DNA of 64,000 bases. It comes from a virus. Each line of letters begins with the position of its first letter. Positions within the stretch are counted from its first letter, which is position 1. The DNA lies in the IMG/VR virus record IMGVR_UViG_3300010413_000004, positions 52,803 to 116,802 of that record; one strand, 5' to 3'. This document shows, one piece after another, positions 31,822 through 42,496 of the stretch. Below the pieces are notes generated by a model. It saw only the letters and a program-made list of their open reading frames with translations. It did no database searches and had not been told where the DNA came from. The translations under genes and the position numbers were made by a program.

Positions 31822-34173
31822 ATGCTGACAACCGTTCGAATGGTCACCAAACGTACTGGTGAACTTGAAGAAATCGACTTCGACAAAATCCATCGTGTGC
31901 TCTTCTGGGCGACAGAAAACATATCAGGAGTGTCGGTTTCTGAAATCGAAGTAAGAACACATCTTCAACTATACGATAAAATTCCAACAAAAGAGATTCA
32001 TGAGACCCTTATCAGATCAACTGCTGATTTGATATCTGAAGAAAGTCCAAACTACCAATACGTTGCAGCTCGATTGGTTAACATCCAACTCCGCAAGATG
32101 GTTTATGGTCAATATATTCCACCTGATCTATTATCTCATGTTGAGAAGAACGTGGAGCGTGGTGTTTATGATAAAGAACTACTAGAACAATACGATGAGC
32201 AAGAGTGGGAACGTCTCAACAAGATGGTTCGACACGATCGAGACAATCTGTTGTCGTACGCTGCTATTGAACAATTTCGAGGGAAGTATTTGGTCCAAGA
32301 TCGAACAACTCACGAATACTATGAAACGCCACAGATGTCATATATCTTAATCGCTGCAACGTTGTTTAGTCGGTATCCAAAAGAAACTCGTTTGCAATAC
32401 GTGAAAGAGTATTATGATTCAATCTCAAAAGGTCCAAAGTCATCTATCACAATTCCTACGCCAATACTATCTGGTGTTCGTACAACAACGAGACAGTTTA
32501 GCTCATGTGTATTAATTGAAACAGGCGATAGTCTTGACTCAATCAACGAGACAGCAAGCGCAATTGTTGATTATGCATCACGTCGTGCAGGCATTGGCAT
32601 TAACGCTGGCCGCATTCGTGCTAAGGGTTCTTCAGTTCGCAAAGGTGAGATTTTCCATACTGGGAATGTTCCGTTCTACAAATATTTTCAACATGCGTTA
32701 AAGAGTTGTTCACAAGGGGGCGTTCGAGGAGCATCAGCGACAACATACTATCCCATTTGGCACCTTGAAGTTGAGGATCTCATCGTACTGAAAAACAATA
32801 AAGGCACGGAAGAGAATCGAGCTCGTCACATGGATTATGGTGTCCAGCTGAATGGATACCTGTATCAACGTTTGCTAGAAAACAAAGAAATAACTTTGTT
32901 CAGTCCAAATGAAGTGCCCGATTTATATGAGGCGTTTTATGAAGACCAAAAGACATTCACTGAATTATACGAAAAGTATGAAAGGTCGCGATCAATTCGA
33001 AAGAAATCCGTTCCAGCATTGGATTTATTCTCACAGGTATTGATTGAACGTAACAATACTGGACGAATCTACATTCAGAATGTTGACCATTCAAATATGC
33101 ATAGTGCTTTCATTGAAGAACTTGCACCGGTTCGCATGTCCAACCTGTGTGTAGAGATTACACTTCCAACTAGTCCGTTGACCCGTAAAGGAAGAATTCC
33201 TTTTACTGCTTCAAGATATGAACAATACAAAGACGTTTCGTCGAAAGATTTTCGTGATGAGTTTGGTGAAATCGCACTGTGCACATTAAGTTCAATTAAC
33301 TGGGGAACAATAACTTCTCCAGAGGATTTTGAAAAACCTTGCGAGTTGGCTGTTCGAGCTCTAGATGAGCTATTGGATTATCAAGATTATCCAATGATGG
33401 CAGCAGGTGTCCCCGCTAAGAACAGGCGAGCGTTGGGAATTGGTGTGTCTAACTTGGCCTATTTTATCGCTAAGCGAGGTGCTAAGTACTCAGATAGTTC
33501 AGCAAACGAGATAGTTAATGAGTATGCTGAGGCGATGTCTTATTACTTAATTAAGGCATCAATTAAACTAGCGAAAGAAAAAGGTCCTTGTAAGTGGTTC
33601 AGTGACACAAAATACTCACAAGGTATTTTGCCTGTTGACACATTTAAGAAAGATGTTGACTATAACATCAAAGTTTCGTCTCATTTGGATTGGAATCAAC
33701 TTCGTCATGATCTCATTCAATATGGTATGCGAAACTCCACTCTGCTCGCACTAATGCCAGTAGAGTCAAGCTCACAGATTATTAATGCTACGAATGGTAT
33801 TGAACCTCCACGCAGTCCAGTGTCTGTTAAAACATCCAAAGATGGTGCACTAAAACAAGTTGTTCCAGAAATTCACCGCTTGAAAAACAAGTATGAATAT
33901 TTGTGGGATATGCCACATACTCGTGGTTATCTTGAAATTGCGGCATTATTCCAGAAGTGGGCTGATCAATCAGTTTCAACTAACACATCATATAATCCAT
34001 CGAACTACAACGAAGGAAAGGTTCCAATGTCTGAGTTGCTTCGAGATGTTATATATGCATACAAGCTGGGCATTAAAACATTATATTATCAAAACACAAG
34101 TGATGGTGCAGGCGAATATGAGTTGGTAGAAGAAAAAGAAGCTGAAGAAGATTGTGAAGCTTGTAAGCTATAA
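31822..34173 (+). CDS. nrdA: Class Ia ribonucleotide reductase alpha subunit
   Basis: N-terminal ATP cone; 'QFSSCVLI', 'SNLCVEI', 'TLYY'; C-terminal 'CEACKL'. Confidence 0.97.
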   Translation: MLTTVRMVTKRTGELEEIDFDKIHRVLFWATENISGVSVSEIEVRTHLQLYDKIPTKEIHETLIRSTADLISEESPNYQYVAARLVNIQLRKMVYGQYIPPDLLSHVEKNVERGVYDKELLEQYDEQEWERLNKMVRHDRDNLLSYAAIEQFRGKYLVQDRTTHEYYETPQMSYILIAATLFSRYPKETRLQYVKEYYDSISKGPKSSITIPTPILSGVRTTTRQFSSCVLIETGDSLDSINETASAIVDYASRRAGIGINAGRIRAKGSSVRKGEIFHTGNVPFYKYFQHALKSCSQGGVRGASATTYYPIWHLEVEDLIVLKNNKGTEENRARHMDYGVQLNGYLYQRLLENKEITLFSPNEVPDLYEAFYEDQKTFTELYEKYERSRSIRKKSVPALDLFSQVLIERNNTGRIYIQNVDHSNMHSAFIEELAPVRMSNLCVEITLPTSPLTRKGRIPFTASRYEQYKDVSSKDFRDEFGEIALCTLSSINWGTITSPEDFEKPCELAVRALDELLDYQDYPMMAAGVPAKNRRALGIGVSNLAYFIAKRGAKYSDSSANEIVNEYAEAMSYYLIKASIKLAKEKGPCKWFSDTKYSQGILPVDTFKKDVDYNIKVSSHLDWNQLRHDLIQYGMRNSTLLALMPVESSSQIINATNGIEPPRSPVSVKTSKDGALKQVVPEIHRLKNKYEYLWDMPHTRGYLEIAALFQKWADQSVSTNTSYNPSNYNEGKVPMSELLRDVIYAYKLGIKTLYYQNTSDGAGEYELVEEKEAEEDCEACKL

Positions 34174-34234
34174 TATAATAAAAACGTGGCCGTACTCTTA
34201 GTGCGGTCATCAATATAATAAGAAGGAACCCAAA

Positions 34235-35386
34235 GTGTCGGAAAATAAAACAACACAGAACCAACGTAGTAAAGTATTTAATCAAGATGCTACCAATCAT
34301 CTTAAAGCAAAAATGTTTTTTGATGCAAACGGTGGTCCAAAAATTGCTCGGTATGATATGGTTCGATATCCACAATTTGAGAACTTTACTGAAAAGCAGT
34401 TATCATTTTTTTGGCGACCCGAAGAGATAGATTTATCCAAAGATAAACGGGACTTCAGTGACTTGCCACCTGAGCAACAACACATCTTTACAAGTAATCT
34501 TTTCCGTCAAATTGTACTTGATAGTGTACAAGGCCGTGGTGTTAATCTTATGCTACTTCCTGCAGCATCTTTACCTGAAGTTGAGGTGTGGATTGAGACG
34601 TGGGGAGCGAATGAAACCATCCACAGTCGCGCGTACACTCATATCATCCGAAACATTTATCCAGATCCGTCAGCAGTATTCGATAAGATTACTGAAGTTG
34701 AAGAGATACTAGATTGTGCGCGTAGCGTTTCGAAGTATTATGATGAGATGGGCAAGTGGAATGCTCTCAGGGAGGTTCACCTTAATGGAGGTGAAACGAT
34801 TGGAATTGCGTACGATGAGTACCAACATAAGAAAGCGTTTTGGTTATGCTTAAATAGCATTAATGCGTTGGAAGGTTTACGATTCTATGTTAGCTTTGCG
34901 TGTAGTTGGAACTTTGCTGAACAAAAGAAGATGGAAGGAAACGCAAAAGAGATCAAACTGATCTGCCGCGACGAGAACCTACATCTTGGGTCCACTCAGT
35001 ATATGCTTCGGACACTACCAAAAGATGATCCAATCTATAATACGATCGCTGAAGAGTGTAAAGACGAAGTGGTGCAGATCTTTCTTGAAACTATTCAGCA
35101 AGAGAAAGACTGGGCGAAGTACTTATTCCAACAAGGATCTATGATTGGACTGAGCGAGGACATCCTTTGCCAGTACGTAGATTACTTAGGCAGCCGTAGA
35201 ATGAGAGCGATGGGATTAGACATTCCATTCACATATCCAACATCTGATCCATTACCTTGGACCAAAAATTGGATTAGTGGGAAAGAAGTTCAGGTTGCTC
35301 CACAAGAAGCAGAAATCTCATCGTACTTGGTGAGTGACATTAAACAAGATGTCGACACAGACATATTAAAAGGATTCAGTTTATAA
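34235..35386 (+). CDS. nrdB: Class Ia ribonucleotide reductase beta subunit
   Basis: 'FFWRPEEIDL', 'ETIHSRAYTH', 'RDENLH', 'VAPQEAEISSY'. Confidence 0.97.
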   Translation: MSENKTTQNQRSKVFNQDATNHLKAKMFFDANGGPKIARYDMVRYPQFENFTEKQLSFFWRPEEIDLSKDKRDFSDLPPEQQHIFTSNLFRQIVLDSVQGRGVNLMLLPAASLPEVEVWIETWGANETIHSRAYTHIIRNIYPDPSAVFDKITEVEEILDCARSVSKYYDEMGKWNALREVHLNGGETIGIAYDEYQHKKAFWLCLNSINALEGLRFYVSFACSWNFAEQKKMEGNAKEIKLICRDENLHLGSTQYMLRTLPKDDPIYNTIAEECKDEVVQIFLETIQQEKDWAKYLFQQGSMIGLSEDILCQYVDYLGSRRMRAMGLDIPFTYPTSDPLPWTKNWISGKEVQVAPQEAEISSYLVSDIKQDVDTDILKGFSL

Positions 35387-35443
35387 CTGAAACAATTACA
35401 ACAAAAAGACCACTGAGGTGGTCTTTATTTTTAGGAGAAATAA

Positions 35444-35713
35444 ATGACTATTATAGTATATGGAACCCCAACATGCCCTAATTGCGATGAGATTAAGAAA
35501 TTTCTGAGCGAATATGACATTCCATTCGCCTACCAGGAAGTGGGAAAGGATATCGTCCGCGAGGAGCTTGAACTCGTTGTAAGCCGTCCAGTCCGGTCAG
35601 TCCCTGTTATCACATTAATGGGAGAGGAAATTAGTGCTGATGGTTTGAAAGAGAAAATTCTAAAAGAAAATGAAAGAGTGGAAGCTGCCGATTTGCTAAG
35701 CATTCGGATATAA
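35444..35713 (+). CDS. Glutaredoxin
   Basis: CPNC active site; 'RSVPVI'. Confidence 0.88.
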   Translation: MTIIVYGTPTCPNCDEIKKFLSEYDIPFAYQEVGKDIVREELELVVSRPVRSVPVITLMGEEISADGLKEKILKENERVEAADLLSIRI

Positions 35714-35738
35714 AAAAGGGGCCTACGGCCCCTTTTTT
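35712..35738. terminator. Bidirectional intrinsic terminator
   Basis: AAAAAAGGGGCC-TAC-GGCCCCTTTTTT between convergent genes. Confidence 0.85.
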
Positions 35739-36105
35739 AGTTTAGTACGGCTGGTTCAACTTCGATATCGATCGGTAGTTTTAACGTGTACTCTTTGCGT
35801 TCGATAAGATCGTTTGAATCTTTTGGACTAAATTTGTCACGATCAAGCGACCACGTAATGTGGTAGGTCTTCCCGTCATCACGTTTCGTACTACCGTTAA
35901 CACATACAATAAGTGCCTCCAGTCCTTCCCTATCTTCCACATAGCCAAGCACACGAATGCGCTCTGGAACATCAGGCTTCTCAGCTGTTTTTGGAACGCC
36001 AAATTGAACCGTGACATGGTGGCCGATAAAGTCATCGTACTTTGGAGGGAAAATCATCTTCAATTTCTCCCTACTGTCATCGTGTAACACGTATGCTGTA
36101 TACAT
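35737..36105 (-). CDS. 2H phosphoesterase
   Basis: Two HxT motifs ('GHHVTV' and 'YHITW'). Confidence 0.75.
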   Translation of the reverse strand: MYTAYVLHDDSREKLKMIFPPKYDDFIGHHVTVQFGVPKTAEKPDVPERIRVLGYVEDREGLEALIVCVNGSTKRDDGKTYHITWSLDRDKFSPKDSNDLIERKEYTLKLPIDIEVEPAVLN

Positions 36106-36106
36106 T

Positions 36107-36643
36107 TTAAAGTCCTAGTTTCTTGAGTTCTTTAATAGTGAGATCCGCACTTTTGTGAAGAATGCCAATCCCTCCTGCCTTGATCCAAGGATCAATTGCT
36201 TTCTTGCGGTCATCTATTAGAATACGGTCAGGTTGAGCAAACTTAGCTTTGTCGGCGGTATTCCTGACCAAGTTTACTTTGACCGAACCGAAGTGCTTTT
36301 TGACTGCTCGTTCCTTTTGCTCGCCTGATTTGAAATGAGGCTGTCCAGTGGCTGTCAGAATTTCATGTGGATACTTACTAACATAATTCCACAATTCTTT
36401 CGCGTCACTCATCAACGGTAGTGACTCCCAGAATCCTGTATGGTCTTTCTGGAACTTCGCTATCGATGACCACATCTTGCTACGATAATTGGAATCTGTA
36501 TTATACCGTTGCTGACTGTGAGTTTTATTAATGTGTAGTGCCTTGAACATGTTATTGACGCCAGCATCAAAGTCAAAAAGCACACCATCGAGATCAACAA
36601 AAATCTCATACTTGTTGTCGTTTTTCAATTCTTGTGCTTTCAT
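36107..36643 (-). CDS. HAD-family 5'(3')-deoxyribonucleotidase
   Basis: 'FVDLDGVLFDF', 'ILTA', 'LIDD', 'W...GG.GILH'. Confidence 0.88.
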   Translation of the reverse strand: MKAQELKNDNKYEIFVDLDGVLFDFDAGVNNMFKALHINKTHSQQRYNTDSNYRSKMWSSIAKFQKDHTGFWESLPLMSDAKELWNYVSKYPHEILTATGQPHFKSGEQKERAVKKHFGSVKVNLVRNTADKAKFAQPDRILIDDRKKAIDPWIKAGGIGILHKSADLTIKELKKLGL

Positions 36644-36705
36644 ATTGTAGTTACCAAGTGTTTTCGATATTCCACCATACTGGGGTATCCTTGTAGAGAC
36701 AAGGA

Positions 36706-38031
36706 TTAATGTGAATATTTCCCATTTTTATAGTTTTTTAATACTTCTTGTAGCTCTGAGATGTACACCTGCTTCCTAGCATCTTCAGAAGATATCAGCG
36801 AGTTGTATTCTTCCAATGTTTTGAGCGCGTCCTTTAGTTTATCCTCAATCTTACGTTTCTCATCTTCGGTCAACCGGTATATCGGCAAGTCAGCGATGTA
36901 ATCCACATGAATAATCTTTAACGTCTTGAGATAATCTTTTAAGTCTGCTCTCGTTTGTGTCTTTTTTAATTTGCTGCCAACGTTTTTGTCAATTGCTATT
37001 AGAATGTCTCTGTATCGTTGTATCTTTTCTTCAAGAAGTGCAGCTAATCGTTCATAACGTGGTTTATACCAACCAAGTCGCCACATAGTAAATTCAGCAA
37101 TAAGCGTTTCGTAAGGTGTGGACCATACTCGTGAGCCTTCAAAATCGATCACGTTAAGATTCTCAGTAACAGCTCGTTCAAGATTCAACGTTTTGATTAT
37201 CTTTTCATCAGACAATTTCTGCAATTCGCCACGTTTGAATTTGACGAAAATACTAAACTTGTCTTTTGATCTGTCTGTTACATCTACCAACGCTCCATTC
37301 TCTTCCATGTCATATAGGCGTTCCATAACCTTTTCATGAACAGCACCATATGGTAAGTTTGTGATTTCAATGGTTGTTGTGTTGATACGTTTGAATGTTC
37401 CGCGAAATACCCAACGGTCGCCATTCTTACCGACAGCACGTTGATTTGTTGGATTGAAAGTTGGATTCGGTTCTTTGAATCCTTTATCTTGAAGAACTGC
37501 AATTTGGTGTTTAATAATATCACCAAGATCTCTAGGAAGAATACTTGCAGCGAAGCCAACGGCAATGCCTGATTGTGGGTTGATTAGTGCTACAGGTACC
37601 AATGGTAAAAAGTACACTGGTTCGTCAAGAGAGTCGTCATAGTTGAGCGTCATTGGTATGATTTCAATATCACGAAAGACTACATCTTTTGTGAACTCAG
37701 ATACTGTGACCGAAGTGTATCTTGCAGCACCATATGCTGTTGGATTGAGAATAGTTCCAAATGCACCGATTCCTGTCAGTAAAGGAATATTATTACCATA
37801 AGGTGCTGCCAATGTATTAATTGCACCTTCTGGTCCAGTGTGTGGATGGATGGGCATCGTTGCTCCAGCCAGCGCAGCACTTTTGTACTTTTTTCCATCT
37901 CTAGCTGTCCATAGCACGCGTCTGGCTGCCGCTTTAAGCCCATCAGCTGAGTATGGAATAGCACGAGAAGTTATTGTGTATAGAGAATAAAGTTTTCGTT
38001 GTTCTTCGATATATTGAGAGCTTGTTGTCAT
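36706..38031 (-). CDS. DNA topoisomerase II, GyrA/gp52-like subunit
   Basis: 'SRAIP...DGLK...RRVLW'; catalytic 'AARYT'; start reassigned to MTTSS. Confidence 0.92.
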   Translation of the reverse strand: MTTSSQYIEEQRKLYSLYTITSRAIPYSADGLKAAARRVLWTARDGKKYKSAALAGATMPIHPHTGPEGAINTLAAPYGNNIPLLTGIGAFGTILNPTAYGAARYTSVTVSEFTKDVVFRDIEIIPMTLNYDDSLDEPVYFLPLVPVALINPQSGIAVGFAASILPRDLGDIIKHQIAVLQDKGFKEPNPTFNPTNQRAVGKNGDRWVFRGTFKRINTTTIEITNLPYGAVHEKVMERLYDMEENGALVDVTDRSKDKFSIFVKFKRGELQKLSDEKIIKTLNLERAVTENLNVIDFEGSRVWSTPYETLIAEFTMWRLGWYKPRYERLAALLEEKIQRYRDILIAIDKNVGSKLKKTQTRADLKDYLKTLKIIHVDYIADLPIYRLTEDEKRKIEDKLKDALKTLEEYNSLISSEDARKQVYISELQEVLKNYKNGKYSH

Positions 38032-38051
38032 TTTTATTGTTTTTATATTTG

Positions 38052-38813
38052 TTATGACCAATAGGAGTAGATCATTGGCTGAAGCTGCCAGATAGTACTA
38101 TCATCTCGAAACACTTTTCCGAACCGCAACAATTCAACAAGTTCATGTGGAATTGCTGGAGTGTATTTTTCATTCCAATGCTTTTCGCAACCAAGTTTTC
38201 CAAGAATATCTGTTAGCGTATCTTCTAATTTTTTGTTTCTTGTTTGATCGTTAATCGTATCTTTAAACGCTTCTAGTGATCGGTAATGATCAATGAGACC
38301 GTTGATGCCTGAAGGAGCTTCGCCTGTCGTTTTATCTATATATCCTGAATAAGGATAGAAAGGAAAGTTCATCGTTTGGCACCAACTCATCGAATCATTA
38401 CAAGTCGTGGACTCAATGAATCCTTTATCTCGTAGCAGACTATGTAGATAGTAATCTACAGTATTGTCATATTGGTACCACTCGTTGATGTGGCTTAGAG
38501 GCGTAAAACAGATGACATCCGCTAATCCAAACTCTCCATCGTAGGTAATGGTTCTACCAAACTCAATCTCCAATTTACCATTTTGTAGTGCAGACATTGT
38601 CATATACAAGTCAATTGCAAGATCCCCATCGGACTTCTTTTCGTTGAATATAGTTTCGATGTGTTGCTTGTATGCATCATATGAATATCTGTCATCGTCG
38701 TAGCTAGCAAATATTACACTATCTGGATTGAAGCGATTGTCTATTATTTCACCATCGTGATTTTTTACATCAACTAGCCCATACCCCAGAACGTTGTGTA
38801 TTCGTATTCCCAT
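38052..38813 (-). CDS. Hypothetical phage protein
   Basis: 253 aa; 'MGIRIH..LGYGL' ... 'L.PMIY.YWS'. Confidence 0.65.
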   Translation of the reverse strand: MGIRIHNVLGYGLVDVKNHDGEIIDNRFNPDSVIFASYDDDRYSYDAYKQHIETIFNEKKSDGDLAIDLYMTMSALQNGKLEIEFGRTITYDGEFGLADVICFTPLSHINEWYQYDNTVDYYLHSLLRDKGFIESTTCNDSMSWCQTMNFPFYPYSGYIDKTTGEAPSGINGLIDHYRSLEAFKDTINDQTRNKKLEDTLTDILGKLGCEKHWNEKYTPAIPHELVELLRFGKVFRDDSTIWQLQPMIYSYWS

Positions 38814-38814
38814 A

Positions 38815-39516
38815 TTACACTCCTTCGCTAATTAAGCGCGCATTTGCAATTCGGATAATATCTTTTAAGTTGACGGGCTTGTAATCGTGCAACTCGCAGC
38901 AAATATTGTAGTGCAGAGGATTACCAGTGTACGGGTTAGGATATGCATGTAAGTGACCATGAACGTTAAACCATGGCAACTTGATGTTGTTCATCGGATA
39001 GTGCGTAAAGACTAAACCGCCTTCGGGTAGGTCAATCTTATAGATCAAGTGAGTTTCGTCAAACTTCAACTTACGCAGATGCTTCCCGTCAAAGTCATGA
39101 TTACCAACAACAAGAATCTTGTATCCGTTGCATTTGTCTAGCAATTCATTAATGAATCCAGTACCCTTAAATCCAATATCTCCAACCCAAATGCTAACAT
39201 CATTAGGACCAACGTATTCGTTAAAGTTGGCTACCAGATGCTCATTCATTTCAGCCGTTGTCGTAAATGGTCGGTTGCTAAACTCGATAATATTTTTGTG
39301 AAAGAAGTGAAGATCGCTCCACACCCAAATGTTTCTGTCATTATCGAGAAGTGGTAGTTCAATCGGTTTCCCAGCACTTTCAGTAAGTGCAATTTGTGTA
39401 GGCAGTGCCTCCCACTTCCCTGGGTGACGAACACGCGTTCGTTTAACTCCATTATACACAACTTCAGATCGAAGCTCTTCCATATACAGCTTACGTAGTT
39501 CTTCAAGTTCATTCAT
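38815..39516 (-). CDS. Calcineurin-like metallophosphoesterase
   Basis: 'SDLHF.H', 'VGD', 'GNHD', 'THYP', 'HGHLH'. Confidence 0.9.
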   Translation of the reverse strand: MNELEELRKLYMEELRSEVVYNGVKRTRVRHPGKWEALPTQIALTESAGKPIELPLLDNDRNIWVWSDLHFFHKNIIEFSNRPFTTTAEMNEHLVANFNEYVGPNDVSIWVGDIGFKGTGFINELLDKCNGYKILVVGNHDFDGKHLRKLKFDETHLIYKIDLPEGGLVFTHYPMNNIKLPWFNVHGHLHAYPNPYTGNPLHYNICCELHDYKPVNLKDIIRIANARLISEGV

Positions 39517-39682
39517 AATATTTGCTCATGTCTTCAGATGGCTCCATAAAGCCTTCGGTATTTGTTTCGATATCAACGTAATAGGTTCCCAGTTTGGAAT
39601 CTAAAAGATAAGCTTCAATATCAAAATAATATCCCCCTTTATGGGGTTCTGATTTTTGTTCATTCTTCGCTGTCTGGGTCAT
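39509..39682 (-). CDS. Small hypothetical protein (not in ORF track)
   Basis: 57 aa MTQTAKNEQKSEPHKGGYYFDIEAYLLDSKLGTYYVDIETNTEGFMEPSEDMSKYYE fills the gap and overlaps both neighbours; GGAG upstream. Confidence 0.5.
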   Translation of the reverse strand: MTQTAKNEQKSEPHKGGYYFDIEAYLLDSKLGTYYVDIETNTEGFMEPSEDMSKYYE

Positions 39683-40619
39683 AGTTTAACCACTCCGCAT
39701 CATGACTAATTTTTGTATCATAGATAGAAAATTCTGTTATAACCTTTTCCATTTTAAATCTGCTAACTCTCAAACTTTCTTGAAGACGTCGTGATCGCTC
39801 CTCAAATGCTTGGAAAGATTCACTGTAGGAACGAAGAGTAATCATTATGGTATAGGTATCATTACCGTAACGCTTGAATACATTGCGAGATAAATGAGCA
39901 CCGTGAGCCTTACATATGCCTTCGAGTTCCATTTGTCTTTTATCTGAAGATTTTACATTAATATGCGTTTCAAAGTAACAGTTGGGCGGCATCTCTTCAT
40001 CAATATGAAAAATGTTTAGACGTGGAGCTGCTGGATGCCAAGGCACTGTTTCAATTTTTTCGCGGGCGACATCAAAACCTGCATCACTTAATCCGTTTGA
40101 AATTCGTTTCATCTCCTCATATGCACCTCGATTATTACCGAAGTATACGGACGACGTCATAACGTCTTCAAATTTGACTTTTCCGTCAGTGGATTGCAAG
40201 TCTAAGATAATGGGCTTAACATCCAACTGCTTACATGCAGCGATGAAGTCTTCTTTAACTACATCTTTTACAGTAATGTGAATCTCGTAAGGAATGGTCT
40301 TATCTTCAACTTTAAGCGATCGTTCCTGTCGCTCTGCCCACTTCGTTAGTTTCTTGACTACCATTTGTTCAATGTCATCGTCTGAAAAATCCAAGTCATA
40401 GGCGATGGAGATGCTTGCTAGGTAAACATCGACAACCTCTTCCAAAATTTGTTCCTTAGAGATAAATCGGTGAGTGGTACCTTGGGCATTATCAAAAGGT
40501 AGCACAACTTTTGCCAACTCTCCTGTTTCCTCGCTTACTTTGAGTGCCTTTTGAGATATGTTTTTGGTGTCTTGCTGCGACAACTTTTTAATATATTCTG
40601 TCGTATTTTTACTAATCAT
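39660..40619 (-). CDS. MazG-like NTP pyrophosphatase fused to an unknown duplicated domain
   Basis: N-terminal 'KVSEETGELA...EEVVDV'; C-terminal 'YEIHITV...REKIETVPW...YFETHI'; start reassigned to MISKN. Confidence 0.7.
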   Translation of the reverse strand: MISKNTTEYIKKLSQQDTKNISQKALKVSEETGELAKVVLPFDNAQGTTHRFISKEQILEEVVDVYLASISIAYDLDFSDDDIEQMVVKKLTKWAERQERSLKVEDKTIPYEIHITVKDVVKEDFIAACKQLDVKPIILDLQSTDGKVKFEDVMTSSVYFGNNRGAYEEMKRISNGLSDAGFDVAREKIETVPWHPAAPRLNIFHIDEEMPPNCYFETHINVKSSDKRQMELEGICKAHGAHLSRNVFKRYGNDTYTIMITLRSYSESFQAFEERSRRLQESLRVSRFKMEKVITEFSIYDTKISHDAEWLNYDPDSEE

Positions 40620-42495
40620 GTTGTAACCATTCTTTTCGTTTGTCAGCGTCATCACTAAAAAGTAATGCTAGCGTTTCTTTCATATTCCCATCATCTATGA
40701 TTGGGATCATCGTATCTGTCTCTCCTGTTAAGATCATTTCCCAGTCTTCGCGGACCATGCTTCCCAACCCTTTGTAGTAAGTCACAGTCCACCCTGTTTT
40801 GTATTTGCGTTGTTTCTCATAATCCATGCGAGTAGTGAAATGTATTCGTTGTTTGCTTTTTGTCAAACAAACATTCGGAGCTACTAACCGATAGATGAAT
40901 GGTTCATAATCAGGATCAAACAATTCTGGCCAGAACTGATAAAACAGATTAACAAATAGAGTAAAAATATCGCCACCATCAACATCAGCATCTGTTGCAA
41001 TAACAACTCTTCCGTATCGTAAATTACTTCTAACAGCTCGTTCTCCTGGAACGAGACCTATAGCAGTTAAGATGTCGGTTATCTTACCCATTTTCAATAG
41101 TTGAGCAACAGTCTTGCCGTAAACGTTGTTGAATTTGCCTCTTGCAGGCAAGACACCTGTAAAGTCTGGATCTCTCGCATCAGTAATCATACTAGCAGCA
41201 GAGTCACCTTCTGTGATTAGAAGTTGACACTTGTGTCGCATTTTGCTGGTAGCATCCATCAAGCCTTCCACTTTCTTTACGTTTTTCTTCTTGTGTTCTT
41301 TTGCCGCTTTCTTATCAGCAGTAGCATGGTGCCGTAAAGTAGCTCGTTCGATAATTACGTCAAACCAATCTTTGTGTTTCTTAGCAAATGTGGACCATTG
41401 GGTTGCAATCATTTCATCCATTTCTTTACGAAGACTTGGTCCTGTCATTCTGGTTTTTGACTGAGCATCATATTCCGGATCGGAGATTTTTAAGTTGCCA
41501 AATATTAACAGATCGCGCCTGATGTCATTTCTGGTTATGATACAATTCTCTTTTTTTGCTCGCTTTTCAAGATGAAAACCTACTTTTGAGCAAAATGCAT
41601 TGAGGAACTGCGTATTACAACTTCCACCATCAAAAAGGAATGAGCTGTTAACCCATGAGAACATCTTTTCATCTACTCCACTATTGAAATCAAATATGAC
41701 GTAGAACTCAATGTTGTCTATTTCAAATTTGAAATAGTTTTTTGAAATTTTTCGTACAACATCATCGAATCCCTTTTTGAATTTGAACTTCTTTTTGTTG
41801 TATTCAGCTGTTACACCAGGATTTGTGAGAGCAATTTCTACTGCTCTATTTTCCATTAGCTCTGCTGGCAGCGTTACATCTGAGAACACTTCTCCATCTA
41901 GCTGAAACCCAATTGATGTTCCTGTTTTATTTTTAGAAGTCGCCGATCGTATGGAAGGACGCGATACGTTTAGTGCTCCGTCAGTAAATTTTTGACGGTA
42001 ACGCTTTCCATCACGATGGATATCAACAGCAAATTCAGTACTGCAGAAACATGTGATGGAGGACCCCATACCATTCATACCAATAACACCAGCACTTTTA
42101 TCTGATACGAAGTTTCTACCTGATCGCAAAGAGCCGAACACTACTTCGGGAGTATATTTTCCCGTTTCGTGTTTCCCAATTGGTACTCCTCTACCATTAT
42201 CGGAGATTGTGTACGTCCCCAACAACGGTTGAGCTTCAATGGTAATGTGTTTATTAGCTGACGTTGTTTGAGCAAACTCGTCGATACAGTTATCAATGAT
42301 CTCACCAACACACTTATATGCTGCAGGAACAAATGAAACAGTCTGCAGATGAAAGTCGCCATTGGAGAAAATTGGAATCTCATATTCATGAACAGCTGTA
42401 CTGCCAGCATATACCGGTAGTCGCAACCTTACGTGGTCACGATCGGACAGGACTTGAATATCTTTTTCTGTGTATTCTTTTTTCTTTCTTACCAT
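40612..42495 (-). CDS. DNA topoisomerase II large subunit (GyrB/gp39+60-like)
   Basis: GHKL 'EIIDNCIDE', 'DNGRG', 'G.NG.G'; TOPRIM 'EGDSA' and 'TDADVDG'; 'YYKGLGS'. Confidence 0.95.
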   Translation of the reverse strand: MVRKKKEYTEKDIQVLSDRDHVRLRLPVYAGSTAVHEYEIPIFSNGDFHLQTVSFVPAAYKCVGEIIDNCIDEFAQTTSANKHITIEAQPLLGTYTISDNGRGVPIGKHETGKYTPEVVFGSLRSGRNFVSDKSAGVIGMNGMGSSITCFCSTEFAVDIHRDGKRYRQKFTDGALNVSRPSIRSATSKNKTGTSIGFQLDGEVFSDVTLPAELMENRAVEIALTNPGVTAEYNKKKFKFKKGFDDVVRKISKNYFKFEIDNIEFYVIFDFNSGVDEKMFSWVNSSFLFDGGSCNTQFLNAFCSKVGFHLEKRAKKENCIITRNDIRRDLLIFGNLKISDPEYDAQSKTRMTGPSLRKEMDEMIATQWSTFAKKHKDWFDVIIERATLRHHATADKKAAKEHKKKNVKKVEGLMDATSKMRHKCQLLITEGDSAASMITDARDPDFTGVLPARGKFNNVYGKTVAQLLKMGKITDILTAIGLVPGERAVRSNLRYGRVVIATDADVDGGDIFTLFVNLFYQFWPELFDPDYEPFIYRLVAPNVCLTKSKQRIHFTTRMDYEKQRKYKTGWTVTYYKGLGSMVREDWEMILTGETDTMIPIIDDGNMKETLALLFSDDADKRKEWLQHD

Positions 42496-42496
42496 A

